Below are positions 1-8,858 of a stretch of 34,222 nucleotides of DNA, in pieces (the first letter of the stretch is position 1; each line of letters starts with the position of its first letter). Both the position numbers and the translations under genes were made by a program. The DNA comes from a virus (Duplodnaviria > Caudoviricetes), in IMG/VR virus record IMGVR_UViG_3300038679_000375, positions 1 to 34,222 of that record. One strand, given 5' to 3'. Below the pieces are notes generated by a model. The model searched no databases and was not told the DNA's origin. It saw only the letters and a list, made by a program, of their open reading frames with translations.

Positions 1-810
1 TTATTTCTTCTGAACTCCTATCAGGTACTCATCATAAGGTATTTTCACCCAAACCGGACTGACTGTCTTATCCTGTTTCCAGTATATTGGAATTCCCTTC
101 ACAGAGAAGTCAAACCTCACTTTTTCCGTGGCGTAGCCGGGAGTGGCGGTCTTGGAAACCACATCCAGGAAGGACAAACGGCCCTCTGTAACCCTTTCGC
201 GTGAGAACGGCAGCATGATAATGCCCGAATATTGCATTCCGGGCATGATTTCGCGATTGGGAGAATTGATGAATTTCAACTGTTTTGCCAGGCCGATGAT
301 TTCACCGTTAAGTTGCATCTTATACGTTTCATTCTGGGGCGAGAGCTTCTTAATGTTGGCAACTGCATCGTGCCAGCATCGCAGGACTGAGGGGTCCTGC
401 ATGATGGTAGCCAGGTCCAGAGCCATATAGGGTTCGGTGGGAGTATCCACAATCGGGTCCAGATACATTATCCGCATATCTTCCAGTTTCAGAATCTGGT
501 CAGTGTTATTGATGATTGTAACATTGTAAGTCATTGTCCCGGAGAAGATATTAAGCCGCATCGGTACCGGATGGTTGCCTATGTAAGCTCCCCAGGGGTC
601 ATAGTAGACCATAATTGTTTTCATATATTTATCTTGCATGATTTCGGAATATTCATCAAACGGCGTAATCTTGACTGTTACGTCGCTGATAGTCTGGGTC
701 GCAAGCGGTATTTCAATATTCACGGATTTGGAATACTGAACCTTTGGCACGTTGGCGCAACCCATTGCCAACAAGGCTATTGCCAGAATAACAAATGCTG
801 TAATCCTCAT
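1..810 (-). CDS. Putative lipoprotein, probably a host gene flanking the prophage
   Basis: 269 aa ORF; basic-hydrophobic N-terminus ending in lipobox-like LAMG-C; GGGAGA SD upstream; lies outside the inferred prophage end. Confidence 0.75.
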   Translation of the reverse strand: MRITAFVILAIALLAMGCANVPKVQYSKSVNIEIPLATQTISDVTVKITPFDEYSEIMQDKYMKTIMVYYDPWGAYIGNHPVPMRLNIFSGTMTYNVTIINNTDQILKLEDMRIMYLDPIVDTPTEPYMALDLATIMQDPSVLRCWHDAVANIKKLSPQNETYKMQLNGEIIGLAKQLKFINSPNREIMPGMQYSGIIMLPFSRERVTEGRLSFLDVVSKTATPGYATEKVRFDFSVKGIPIYWKQDKTVSPVWVKIPYDEYLIGVQKK

Positions 811-863
811 AACTTCTCCCTTTGTTTCTGATGACTCAAGACAAACTTAATAATTGATTTGCA

Positions 864-892
864 TAAATATATACGATTCATCCTGCTGTCAA
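864..892 (-). promoter_or_regulatory. Possible sigma70 promoter of the lipoprotein gene
   Basis: TTGACA at 892-887, with TATTTA (17-bp spacer) or TATATT (15-bp spacer) downstream. Confidence 0.4.
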
Positions 893-939
893 GAGATTAT
901 TCTCAATCCCATTCCTTCCCTGCTTTCCACTGTAAAGAG

Positions 940-1088
940 TCACTGAAAACTGCAAATTGGCTCACTGGAAACTGCAAATGGCATAATACGTTACTAAACG
1001 TGTGTCCTTATGCAAATAATTTATGTCACGTATTCTGCAAATTGGCTCACGTATTCTGCAAATTAGCTCACTGAATTCTGCAAATGGA
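940..1088 (+). repeat. Five 21-22 bp direct repeats (TCAC-N5/6-CTGCAAAT core), putative transposase-binding sites at the prophage end
   Basis: Copies at 940-961, 962-982, 1026-1046, 1047-1067 and 1068-1088, plus a partial TGCAAAT at 1011; the array starts 9 bp inside TGTAAAGAG at 931. Confidence 0.8.
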
Positions 1089-1102
1089 AATTGCCATTAT
1101 CG

Positions 1103-1765
1103 TTAATATGATTCCGTCGCTATAACCAGAATAGTGTATCTCCACTCCTCAGCATCAAAGCGTTGACCCATGGCTATGGTAATGGTGACTATTCCACTCT
1201 CCAGTTTGATGTCCTTGATATACATATTGGTATCGCAGTGAGGAGTCAGGATAACATGAGGCATGGTTCTGTATTCCTTTAATAATGTATGTATTACCAT
1301 GTTGTCATCTATCCTAGGAGGAGTTTGCTGACTGGGTTCTCCCACTCCTTGGTTCTCAGTTTGGATCTCATGGGCAATTTTGGAGAGGACGATGCTGCTG
1401 TCACTGAAGTGGTTGGGCTGGACAGCATTATCGGAGATCTTGTCTGAAGTGATGGCTTCATTATCTACATGGTTGTTGAGGATGGCTTTGTCCTTGATAC
1501 CTTTTGAGTCCAGTTTTCCTACTGTGCAGGTTTTACCAGAGAAACTGCCACGGGGTTCCAACCTGTCATCCCAGATCTCGTAAAAGCCCCAGTCAGGCTC
1601 ATACAGCTTATCGGTCTCGTAATAGCCTGAGTCTACCGGCTTCTCTTCCAATCTGATACCCAATTCAAAGGTTTCCCCGGGTTTGACTAATTTGACGTGT
1701 AAGCCTGAAAGGGGGATGCGGTTGGCAGCGCTCATGATGTAGTAGCTGATTCCAAATCTATACAT
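1103..1765 (-). CDS. Putative short tail fibre / tail-tip protein
   Basis: 220 aa; last gene of the tail module; AILNNHV/AITSDKI/AVQPNHF repeats resemble fibre shaft repeats; AAGGAG SD. Confidence 0.5.
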   Translation of the reverse strand: MYRFGISYYIMSAANRIPLSGLHVKLVKPGETFELGIRLEEKPVDSGYYETDKLYEPDWGFYEIWDDRLEPRGSFSGKTCTVGKLDSKGIKDKAILNNHVDNEAITSDKISDNAVQPNHFSDSSIVLSKIAHEIQTENQGVGEPSQQTPPRIDDNMVIHTLLKEYRTMPHVILTPHCDTNMYIKDIKLESGIVTITIAMGQRFDAEEWRYTILVIATESY

Positions 1766-1818
1766 GGTAACTCCTTATATACTGTTTATTCTGTTTTCTG
1801 TTATTTCTTGTGTTTTGG

Positions 1819-2262
1819 TTAATAGACGATCTCATACTCATCTAATTGGGTATAGTAGTTGAAGTCGATAGTGGTGGGGGTGCCGGTATATCTGGATTCC
1901 AGAGTGACTTTGATCTTCTCGGGGTATTCATGCAGATCATCTGGCATCTTAGGCAGTTGAGCTATGGTGACCGGGAACTGGCGGTTGATGATCGAATACC
2001 AGTTGAACTCGATATAGAACTTACCGGGTTGGGTCAGGAAATAGAGGAAAGCACTATATTGCTCTGGATACATAATGGCTTCGATATTGATGGTGTCTTC
2101 CCGGTAGGCTTCCCTCTGGTGCAGGATACTCGGGTCAAAAGCATTCTTTTTCTCGATGCGGTACTTCTGCTTGGGAATATACTCTATCAAGGCATCTTCA
2201 CAGGTATAGGTGCTATACCCGTTATCCACTCTTATCATGCGAAAACCCTTCATATCAGCCAA
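1819..2262 (-). CDS. Phage tail protein, possibly distal-tail (Dit)-like
   Basis: 147 aa; overlaps the upstream tail gene; size and position fit. Confidence 0.45.
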   Translation of the reverse strand: MADMKGFRMIRVDNGYSTYTCEDALIEYIPKQKYRIEKKNAFDPSILHQREAYREDTINIEAIMYPEQYSAFLYFLTQPGKFYIEFNWYSIINRQFPVTIAQLPKMPDDLHEYPEKIKVTLESRYTGTPTTIDFNYYTQLDEYEIVY

Positions 2263-3734
2263 GCCTTGACTTTGTATTCATCATTCAGGTAGTTCCTCTC
2301 TAGTTCGGTTATGGCATAGACAGTTGACTTGATCCTGATCTTGCCCTGTAGTGACAGGTTGTATTTGGATAACTGGTCGATGGTGGCTTCGATGCTCCAC
2401 TGGGAGTCATAGAAATCCATCAGATACGATTGGATCACACTCTGCAGTTGAGCTGTGTCTCCTGCCAGGATATCTAACTGGGTGACATCTGGCTTCTCCT
2501 GATTACCCCTTCTGGTGATGAAGCTTACCACATCCTCATCCGCTATATCTGTTATAGTAGCGGCATAGGCATCCTTGTTCTTTAGAATGACACTACCTGC
2601 CGGATTGGTGAAGATGGTGGCATTATAGAGCATCAGCATAGCCTGAAGAACTTTGAGGTTATCGGTCTGCTCAGCTTGGTTGGTCTCATAGGACTCGCCC
2701 GGCTGTAGTCGTACCGGCATGACGTTACCGTAGAAGTCGGCTTCCACCCATTGATCGACAGCTTGACTGCTACCATAGTAAGCTTGTCCAAGAGTGCCGG
2801 TGCTGGTCAGGTTGTTGAGCATGGTCTCGCTTATCCCGTTATCATTAAAGAAGCTGAGCATCTCGTTATAAGCATTGTCGAGAGTGGTGACGCTCTCTTC
2901 CCAGCCTGTTTTCTCATCATACTCGGATACTACCGGACAGATGTTATTGTAAAACTTGAGTATCCTGCCTCTGAACCTGCCTTGGTATCTGACAGTTGCA
3001 GGATTGGGGTAGTTGGCTTGGATGATCTTCTTGTAAGCAAAGACAAAGGTAACCTTGTTGACTATGGTGTCCACCAGATAACCATACTTGGGAGCCAGCC
3101 AGGAGGAATTGTGAAAGCTGTAGGTCCAGCCACCCGGAGGATCAGGAAACTGCAGCATGTCATTAAAATCCACATGAGCTATGGTCAGGGCATTGCCGGT
3201 GCTGATATATAAGGTAGGCAGGTTGAACTGGTTGCTATAGGGTATGGCAATCGGGATGGTCTGCTGAATGTCCTGCAGGAAGTAACCCAAGATCCAGATA
3301 GGCTGATATCCGGCGGTCAGGCTGTAATAATGGGTCAGGTCGGAATACAGGGACAACAGCTTGATCTTATCGTAACAGGTGAACTTGAGGATGCCGGTAC
3401 TGATATCATAGCTCAATTGGGATGTGTCTATTATGCCTGTAAAGAACAGGACATTATCCCGATATATCTTAATCTCATAATGGGAGATGTACCGTTCATG
3501 CTCATGACTGCCAATCAGGATGTTGTCACTGATCCAGGTATCGGGAAAACACTCAAAGGTCAGACGCTTGGGTTCCCGGCTGTAATTAGATACTGACTGC
3601 AGCTTATCGGCTGAGACGGACAGAGTAATGATCTTCCTATCGGTGGCGATATCGGTCAGGCTGTGCTTAATCTGACCATAATCGGCAGCATCGGTTTTAC
3701 CCATAATGAAGTCCACTTTGAACAGGTTAGGCAT
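2250..3734 (-). CDS. Phage tail-tip / baseplate hub-like protein
   Basis: 494 aa; coupled to the tape measure stop; N-terminal 'IYRDNVLFFTGIID...FTCYDKIKLL' pattern typical of hub proteins. Confidence 0.55.
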   Translation of the reverse strand: MPNLFKVDFIMGKTDAADYGQIKHSLTDIATDRKIITLSVSADKLQSVSNYSREPKRLTFECFPDTWISDNILIGSHEHERYISHYEIKIYRDNVLFFTGIIDTSQLSYDISTGILKFTCYDKIKLLSLYSDLTHYYSLTAGYQPIWILGYFLQDIQQTIPIAIPYSNQFNLPTLYISTGNALTIAHVDFNDMLQFPDPPGGWTYSFHNSSWLAPKYGYLVDTIVNKVTFVFAYKKIIQANYPNPATVRYQGRFRGRILKFYNNICPVVSEYDEKTGWEESVTTLDNAYNEMLSFFNDNGISETMLNNLTSTGTLGQAYYGSSQAVDQWVEADFYGNVMPVRLQPGESYETNQAEQTDNLKVLQAMLMLYNATIFTNPAGSVILKNKDAYAATITDIADEDVVSFITRRGNQEKPDVTQLDILAGDTAQLQSVIQSYLMDFYDSQWSIEATIDQLSKYNLSLQGKIRIKSTVYAITELERNYLNDEYKVKAWLI

Positions 3735-6355
3735 CAGACCTCACTCCTGATCAGTTTGCCGGTATCGGCTATCTCACTAACACGGACAGGGTCATTATTT
3801 AAGGGATCAACATGGATGTCTATTATAGGCTTGGAGTCTGTTACCCTCTGCTTGAGTTCGACTAACTGATCTCGCATATCGCTCATAATCTCCAGCATGG
3901 CATCCATACTGCCTCTGCCGGAAACACTCCCACCAGAACCATAATATGAGCCGACGTTGGCAGGTATTGGTATGCTAGGCACAGGCAGACCAGCAAAGGC
4001 TAACTTCACAGATTCCAAGGGTGCAAAGTTCAGAAAGTCAAACAGACCTCTTCCCAGAGCTTTGACCCTGTCCTTAGCTGTGATATACTCCTCACCTTCA
4101 GCTTCAATCAGGATACCGCCCGAAGCATGGGAGTTGCCAACCAGCATACCACCACTGGCAGCTTTGGGTGGTTCGGTGTTACTGATAGCCACTACATTAG
4201 CCAGACCGGCTCCAATGGCTGCGGCCGCCGCGGCGATAGCCAGTCCCGGACCTACGAAAGGTATGCCTGCCATTGCCTTATATGCGGCATTAGCTGAGGA
4301 ATAGGTATCCACCAGAGCTTGAGCTATGGACATGGTCTTCCAGAGGGCAAAGCCTTTCTTACCGAAAGCTTCAGTGGTCTTGGCAAGATTGCCGAGTATC
4401 TGGCTGACTCCCTGCATGTGCTTCTGGTCGAACTGATCCCTGATTCTGGATTTAGCCAGCTCGTTCTGCTTGGTGATCTGCTCTTCAGTCAGACCAGCAG
4501 CAAGCAGTTTATCCCGTTTCTTGGCATAGTAGTTGTCGATGGCATCCAACTCTGCCTGATAGGTATTGCCGCTTAAGTCCAGGCTACGTAGAGTAAACTC
4601 CTGTCTGGTATCCTCTAAATCCTGTAGTCGTCTCTGCTCTTCCTCAGCTAACCGTTGCTTATCCCTCTGCTCGATCTCAGCCTGTTTAACCCTTTGGGCA
4701 ATAGCATCCTGTTCCACCTTGGTAATCTCATTGGCATAGTACTTGGTGATATTGGCTAAGGTCTGCTCACTTGCTCCTAAAGCTCTGGCTTTCTCCAGTT
4801 CTGCATCTCTTTGGATGGCAAGCTCCTGCTGCCTACGGGTTGTGGCATCCTCGATAGCCAGGGTGTTGTATTTCTGCTCCAGAGAGCGCAGGGACTCCAG
4901 ATCTCTCTGCTTAGCTTGGGCAAGCTGTTGTTCCAGCCCCTTGATCCTCTCCAGTGCAGATATCTGCTGTTCGGCATTATCGGCTGTGATAGCACCCAAT
5001 GCTCTGTAATGCTGTTTGGTGTACTCTAACTTGTAATCAAGCAAAGCTATTCCGGACAAGTTGGCTTCTGTCTCTATTCTGACCTTTTCCTTATTATACT
5101 CACCCAATGCCTTGGCATCTTCAGATGCTATCTTCTTAGCAAGTTCAGCGGCTTCGATAGTGCGTTCCCTCTGCCGGTCGAAGTAATCTTCACTGACCAT
5201 GACCAGGTCGGTCTGCATCACCTTGACTGTTTCCTCATAATCAGCCATTTCCAGCTTGATCTCACCTAATCTGCGTTTGGCTTCAACATAGTCGATGCTG
5301 AAGGCTATCTCCCTATGCTTGGCGACCAGAGACTCCACACTCTCGGCAGTCTGGTCTACCGCGTCCCGATACTCATCCTGGGTCTCCATAGCTGACTGGT
5401 TAGCTATTTGAGTAGAGGCATAGGCAAATCCCAAGCCTGCCACCGCTCCCACTGCCAGTCCTATGATCCCAGCTACCGGGTTGATGGCTATCTTCAGAGC
5501 ATGATAAGCTGCAGTCAGAGTAATCACTGCTGTGGTCACAGTGCCGATTACAGGTATAGCTATCAATAGACCTGTAACAAAGCCCTTCATGACCGGGGAC
5601 AGGCTCTGATAGCCATCCATAAGTGAGCGTAGTCCTTTCAGCAAAGGAGTGATCAAAACGTTGAGCATATCACCGATGGTCTCTTTGATGTCTCCCCAAG
5701 CATTAGCATTCTGTAACCTCAGATCTGCCAGAGCTTCGGCAGTACCTCCATAATCAGCAGACAGCTTTTCTACCAGATAGGAGACACCTTCGGACTTGAG
5801 TCTGACAGCATCAAGTTCTATGCCATATCTGCCCAACATTTCAGTATGACCATTCAAGGCACGACCCATAAGATCGAAAGCACTTTCTACACTCATTCCG
5901 GTGGCTTTATTGGCTTCAGTAAAGTCCAGAAGTAATGGCACAAGCTGTTGTATCTCGTCCTTGTTCAGTTTGAAGGTCTGTGAGAGCTTGGACATTAAAG
6001 CCAGTAGCTGATCATCCTCGAAGTTGGTCAAAGATTGCATGGCAGACGCAAACTTTCCCATCTCTGCAGCAGCTTCGCCAAAGGCTATTTTCGATAGAGT
6101 GACTGCTTGTCTCTGAGCTAGGGATGCATTCAGATAGTCATTCATAGCTGAGACAACTGAACCAACCACCTGCAAGACTCCATCAAAGGCAATCTTAACG
6201 TCACGTATAGTAGCCAAAGCTTGTTCTGCTGAAATCTTGACTGCAGCAGGCTTCTCTATCTTCTCCTTGGCAGAGGACGCCTCCTGCGTTACCTCACCCA
6301 GCTTGAGATTGGCTTCATCAGTGACAAGGACGAGTTTGAAGGTTAATTCAGGCAT
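3734..6355 (-). CDS. Tail tape measure protein
   Basis: 873 aa; Ala-rich, helical/coiled-coil, with hydrophobic segments and a C-terminal 'ASGG...SHASGG...EGEEYI' motif; downstream of tail tube and chaperone. Confidence 0.9.
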   Translation of the reverse strand: MPELTFKLVLVTDEANLKLGEVTQEASSAKEKIEKPAAVKISAEQALATIRDVKIAFDGVLQVVGSVVSAMNDYLNASLAQRQAVTLSKIAFGEAAAEMGKFASAMQSLTNFEDDQLLALMSKLSQTFKLNKDEIQQLVPLLLDFTEANKATGMSVESAFDLMGRALNGHTEMLGRYGIELDAVRLKSEGVSYLVEKLSADYGGTAEALADLRLQNANAWGDIKETIGDMLNVLITPLLKGLRSLMDGYQSLSPVMKGFVTGLLIAIPVIGTVTTAVITLTAAYHALKIAINPVAGIIGLAVGAVAGLGFAYASTQIANQSAMETQDEYRDAVDQTAESVESLVAKHREIAFSIDYVEAKRRLGEIKLEMADYEETVKVMQTDLVMVSEDYFDRQRERTIEAAELAKKIASEDAKALGEYNKEKVRIETEANLSGIALLDYKLEYTKQHYRALGAITADNAEQQISALERIKGLEQQLAQAKQRDLESLRSLEQKYNTLAIEDATTRRQQELAIQRDAELEKARALGASEQTLANITKYYANEITKVEQDAIAQRVKQAEIEQRDKQRLAEEEQRRLQDLEDTRQEFTLRSLDLSGNTYQAELDAIDNYYAKKRDKLLAAGLTEEQITKQNELAKSRIRDQFDQKHMQGVSQILGNLAKTTEAFGKKGFALWKTMSIAQALVDTYSSANAAYKAMAGIPFVGPGLAIAAAAAAIGAGLANVVAISNTEPPKAASGGMLVGNSHASGGILIEAEGEEYITAKDRVKALGRGLFDFLNFAPLESVKLAFAGLPVPSIPIPANVGSYYGSGGSVSGRGSMDAMLEIMSDMRDQLVELKQRVTDSKPIIDIHVDPLNNDPVRVSEIADTGKLIRSEV

Positions 6356-6362
6356 GATTAAG

Positions 6363-6413
6363 TTGACAATTTCTGGACATCAATAAAATTGTGTATATTA
6401 ACTTTTAGGAGGA
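6363..6413 (+). promoter_or_regulatory. Putative promoter elements and RBS of the moron gene
   Basis: TTGACA 6363-6368, TAAAAT 6384-6389 (short 15-bp spacer), TATATT 6394-6399, AGGAGGA 6407-6413. Confidence 0.45.
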
Positions 6414-6417
6414 TCTG

Positions 6418-6627
6418 ATGTTCCCTCATATTTTCACTCATAAAAGCGTACAGTACACTATTAAAAAAGTAGCAACACTTACAGGTTTCGACTATTTTGT
6501 CGATCCAAGTGGATTGAAGATTTCTATTGATTATGCAACTCATTCAGATGCAGTCCAACATGCTCCAGTAGATATTGAAAAAGCAATTATTGATTATCTC
6601 GAAGGATTCATTAGAGATAATTTCTAA
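6418..6627 (+). CDS. Small hypothetical protein (moron, antisense to the late operon)
   Basis: 69 aa; strong AGGAGGA SD; AT-rich; fills the gap between the MTase and tape measure genes. Confidence 0.7.
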   Translation: MFPHIFTHKSVQYTIKKVATLTGFDYFVDPSGLKISIDYATHSDAVQHAPVDIEKAIIDYLEGFIRDNF

Positions 6628-7390
6628 TCATTAACTCAGTCTGAGTCTGGAAACTGCCTGAGACAGTATATTGAGCTTCCACTGTCTCTATGGTGAAGCC
6701 TTTGTATAACTTCTTTATATAAGGCTCATTATTGTAGGAGAGCAGGAACTTGCCTTTGATGGTTCTCAACTGCTGTGCCATCTCTTCATGCTTGGTAAAA
6801 GCATCTGCGTCTTCTCTATCGTATAAATGCTCCTTTGTATAGTAGGGTGGGTCCAGGTAAAAGAACGTATTGGGACTGTCATAGCGGTTGATGATCTTCT
6901 CAAAATCCTGCTTTTCAATAATCACCTGCTGCAGTCTTTCTGAGGCTACCTTCACCTTCTCCAGTTGGCGCAAGGGCATGTACTTGTAGCCTTGCATGAT
7001 ACAGAAGTTCTTGGAACGAGAGCCGTAGGAACAGGACAACTGGAAGTAGAAACGGATAGCTCGTTCCAGTTCAGTCTTAGGCTGATGGTTTGTAAAGACA
7101 TCGAACAGCTCTCTGGAGATCAGATATTGGTTAAGTTCAGTGACGAAGGCTTCCGGGTGGTTCTTGATATACTTCCAGAAGTTAACCAGATCACCATTGA
7201 TATCGTTATAGACCTCAGTATATCTGCTTTTAGAGTTGGTTTGCCAGTCTTTCTTGTTGGGACTCTTGCCGAACAGCACCCAGGCAGCTCCGCCAAATAC
7301 TTCGCAGTAAATGTCATGCTTGGGGATCAGGGGCAGGATTTTCTTTCTGAGTAGCCTCTTGCCACCCACCCATGAGATGATGGAGTTCAT
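6611..7390 (-). CDS. DNA adenine methyltransferase (Dam/D12 family), copy 2
   Basis: WVGGK, EVFGGAAW (motif I), EVYNDIN and FFYLDPPY (motif IV); 259 aa. Confidence 0.92.
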   Translation of the reverse strand: MNSIISWVGGKRLLRKKILPLIPKHDIYCEVFGGAAWVLFGKSPNKKDWQTNSKSRYTEVYNDINGDLVNFWKYIKNHPEAFVTELNQYLISRELFDVFTNHQPKTELERAIRFYFQLSCSYGSRSKNFCIMQGYKYMPLRQLEKVKVASERLQQVIIEKQDFEKIINRYDSPNTFFYLDPPYYTKEHLYDREDADAFTKHEEMAQQLRTIKGKFLLSYNNEPYIKKLYKGFTIETVEAQYTVSGSFQTQTELMIRNYL

Positions 7391-8148
7391 TTAACCTCCA
7401 GTGGGAAGTTAGCGATGATGACTTCATTGTACTCGGACTTGCCTTGCTTACGATTAATTCCCTTGGTTCTGGTCACATGCTTGATGTGATAGCCTTTATA
7501 TAGCTTCAGAACATCGGGATTGTCGTCATAACTGAGAATGAACTTACCTTTGATCTGCTTGAGCTTCTTGTGCAGGTCTTCATGGCTGAACTGCTTGGAG
7601 TTGTCATATGTATAGCCAACCATGTAGGGAGGATCGCAGTAAAAGAAGTTGGACTTAGTATCATACTTGTCTATTACCTTCTCATAGGAAAGGTTCTCAA
7701 TGATCACCATATCCAAACGTTTGTGCAGCTCTTTAATACGTTCCAACCTGTTATACATACTAGATGTCCCACGCTTCTGAGAAGTGCCGAAGCTGTCGCC
7801 CTTTGAGCCATAACTTCTGGTAATCAGGAACATGAACCTTGCTGCTCGCTGTATCTCGGTCAGACCTTCCTGTTTCATGATCTCACCAAATAGCTTGCGA
7901 CTGGCAACCATATAGTCCAATTCTCTGATCAGTTCATCAGGATGGTACTTGACCTGCAGGAAGAGGTTAACCAGGCGATAATCGAGATCATTATAAACTT
8001 CCAGATCTGCCCATCTATCCTTGAGCAGGAGCATCCAGGCAGCACCCCCGAAAGGCTCAATATAGCCTGTAATGTCATCCGGCACGTACTGGGAGATAGT
8101 TTTTCTTAAGAGACGCTTACCGCCGATCCAGCCGATAATGGCATCCAT
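7387..8148 (-). CDS. DNA adenine methyltransferase (Dam/D12 family), copy 1
   Basis: WIGGK, EPFGGAAW, EVYNDLD and FFYCDPPY; 253 aa; AAGGAG SD. Confidence 0.92.
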   Translation of the reverse strand: MDAIIGWIGGKRLLRKTISQYVPDDITGYIEPFGGAAWMLLLKDRWADLEVYNDLDYRLVNLFLQVKYHPDELIRELDYMVASRKLFGEIMKQEGLTEIQRAARFMFLITRSYGSKGDSFGTSQKRGTSSMYNRLERIKELHKRLDMVIIENLSYEKVIDKYDTKSNFFYCDPPYMVGYTYDNSKQFSHEDLHKKLKQIKGKFILSYDDNPDVLKLYKGYHIKHVTRTKGINRKQGKSEYNEVIIANFPLEVK

Positions 8149-8599
8149 CAGATATCTCCTTTAGGGTCGCTCATACAGAGCCGTAGGTATAACTCCGGCA
8201 GGGTCAGGGTATCAAATTCGGTATTGTTAAAGCCTAGTTTACGCAGGATCATTTCGAACTTCTCGTAGGGGTATCGCCGGTCTTTCCTGTCACTGCCAAT
8301 CCTAAACTCCCGAGCCAGTCTTTGCACTTCTGACTGCTGGCTCTGATATAGGCGAAAAAAGAGTGGATGTACTCCAAGGCTTCCAGAGCATCCATCTCAT
8401 CAGGCTCTTTGTTGGACAGGATGCGAATTAGGTCTTTATCTGCTTCTGAGTTAGAGATGAGTTCCAACAGTTCAACCTCCGAGACTTTGGTCAGCTTACC
8501 GGAGAGGAAGTCCTCAAGCTTGGCTTTGAGAGTGCCGTTGGATATAGTCAGACAGAGGATCTGCCTGAGTTGGTTATAAGTCAGTTTGGGTTCTTTCAT
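8148..8599 (-). CDS. Tail assembly chaperone, -1 frameshift product (gpGT-like, ~150 aa)
   Basis: Slippery T TTT TTC at 8360-8354; the -1 frame stays open (RLYQSQQSEVQRLAREF...FEMILRKLGFNNTEFDTLTLPELYLRLCMSDPKGDI) to a TGA at 8150-8148 that overlaps the next ATG. Confidence 0.8.
8249..8599 (-). CDS. Tail assembly chaperone (gpG-like)
   Basis: 116 aa; lies between tail tube and tape measure; contains the slippery heptamer. Confidence 0.8.
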   Translation of the reverse strand: MKEPKLTYNQLRQILCLTISNGTLKAKLEDFLSGKLTKVSEVELLELISNSEADKDLIRILSNKEPDEMDALEALEYIHSFFAYIRASSQKCKDWLGSLGLAVTGKTGDTPTRSSK

Positions 8600-8617
8600 A
8601 GCTATTCCTTTTCTGTA

Positions 8618-8857
8618 TCATTCAAAGAACATCTTGATAGCAACTCCCATGAGCATAAAGAACTGGGAGATGGAGACGCCCAGAAGCAACTTCATGTTCG
8701 TCTCCACTCTTGCCAGCCGTGTGATCAGGGAGTTATTGCTATTGCCGTTGCCATAGATCTCCTCGTGCATGCTATCGACCTTGTCTTTGATCTCAGGCTT
8801 GCACTGGCAGATAGGCAGGGCAGGTAGTTCAGTTACTGGTTTTTTTCTAGGTGGCAT
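8618..8857 (-). CDS. Small membrane protein, XhlA-like lysis accessory candidate
   Basis: 79 aa; coiled segment (LITRLARVETNMK) followed by one C-terminal hydrophobic helix. Confidence 0.45.
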   Translation of the reverse strand: MPPRKKPVTELPALPICQCKPEIKDKVDSMHEEIYGNGNSNNSLITRLARVETNMKLLLGVSISQFFMLMGVAIKMFFE

Positions 8858-8858
8858 A

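Noticed and set aside
859-1074. 71-aa plus-strand ORF
   Set aside because: It spans the inferred prophage junction, and its repeated HVFCKLA peptide is just the DNA repeat translated.
940-1088. CRISPR array
   Set aside because: The repeats abut each other without unique spacers and there are no cas genes; the position fits transposon-end sites.
1103-3734. Diversity-generating retroelement or invertible tail segment
   Set aside because: No reverse transcriptase, TR/VR pair, recombinase or flanking inverted repeats were seen.
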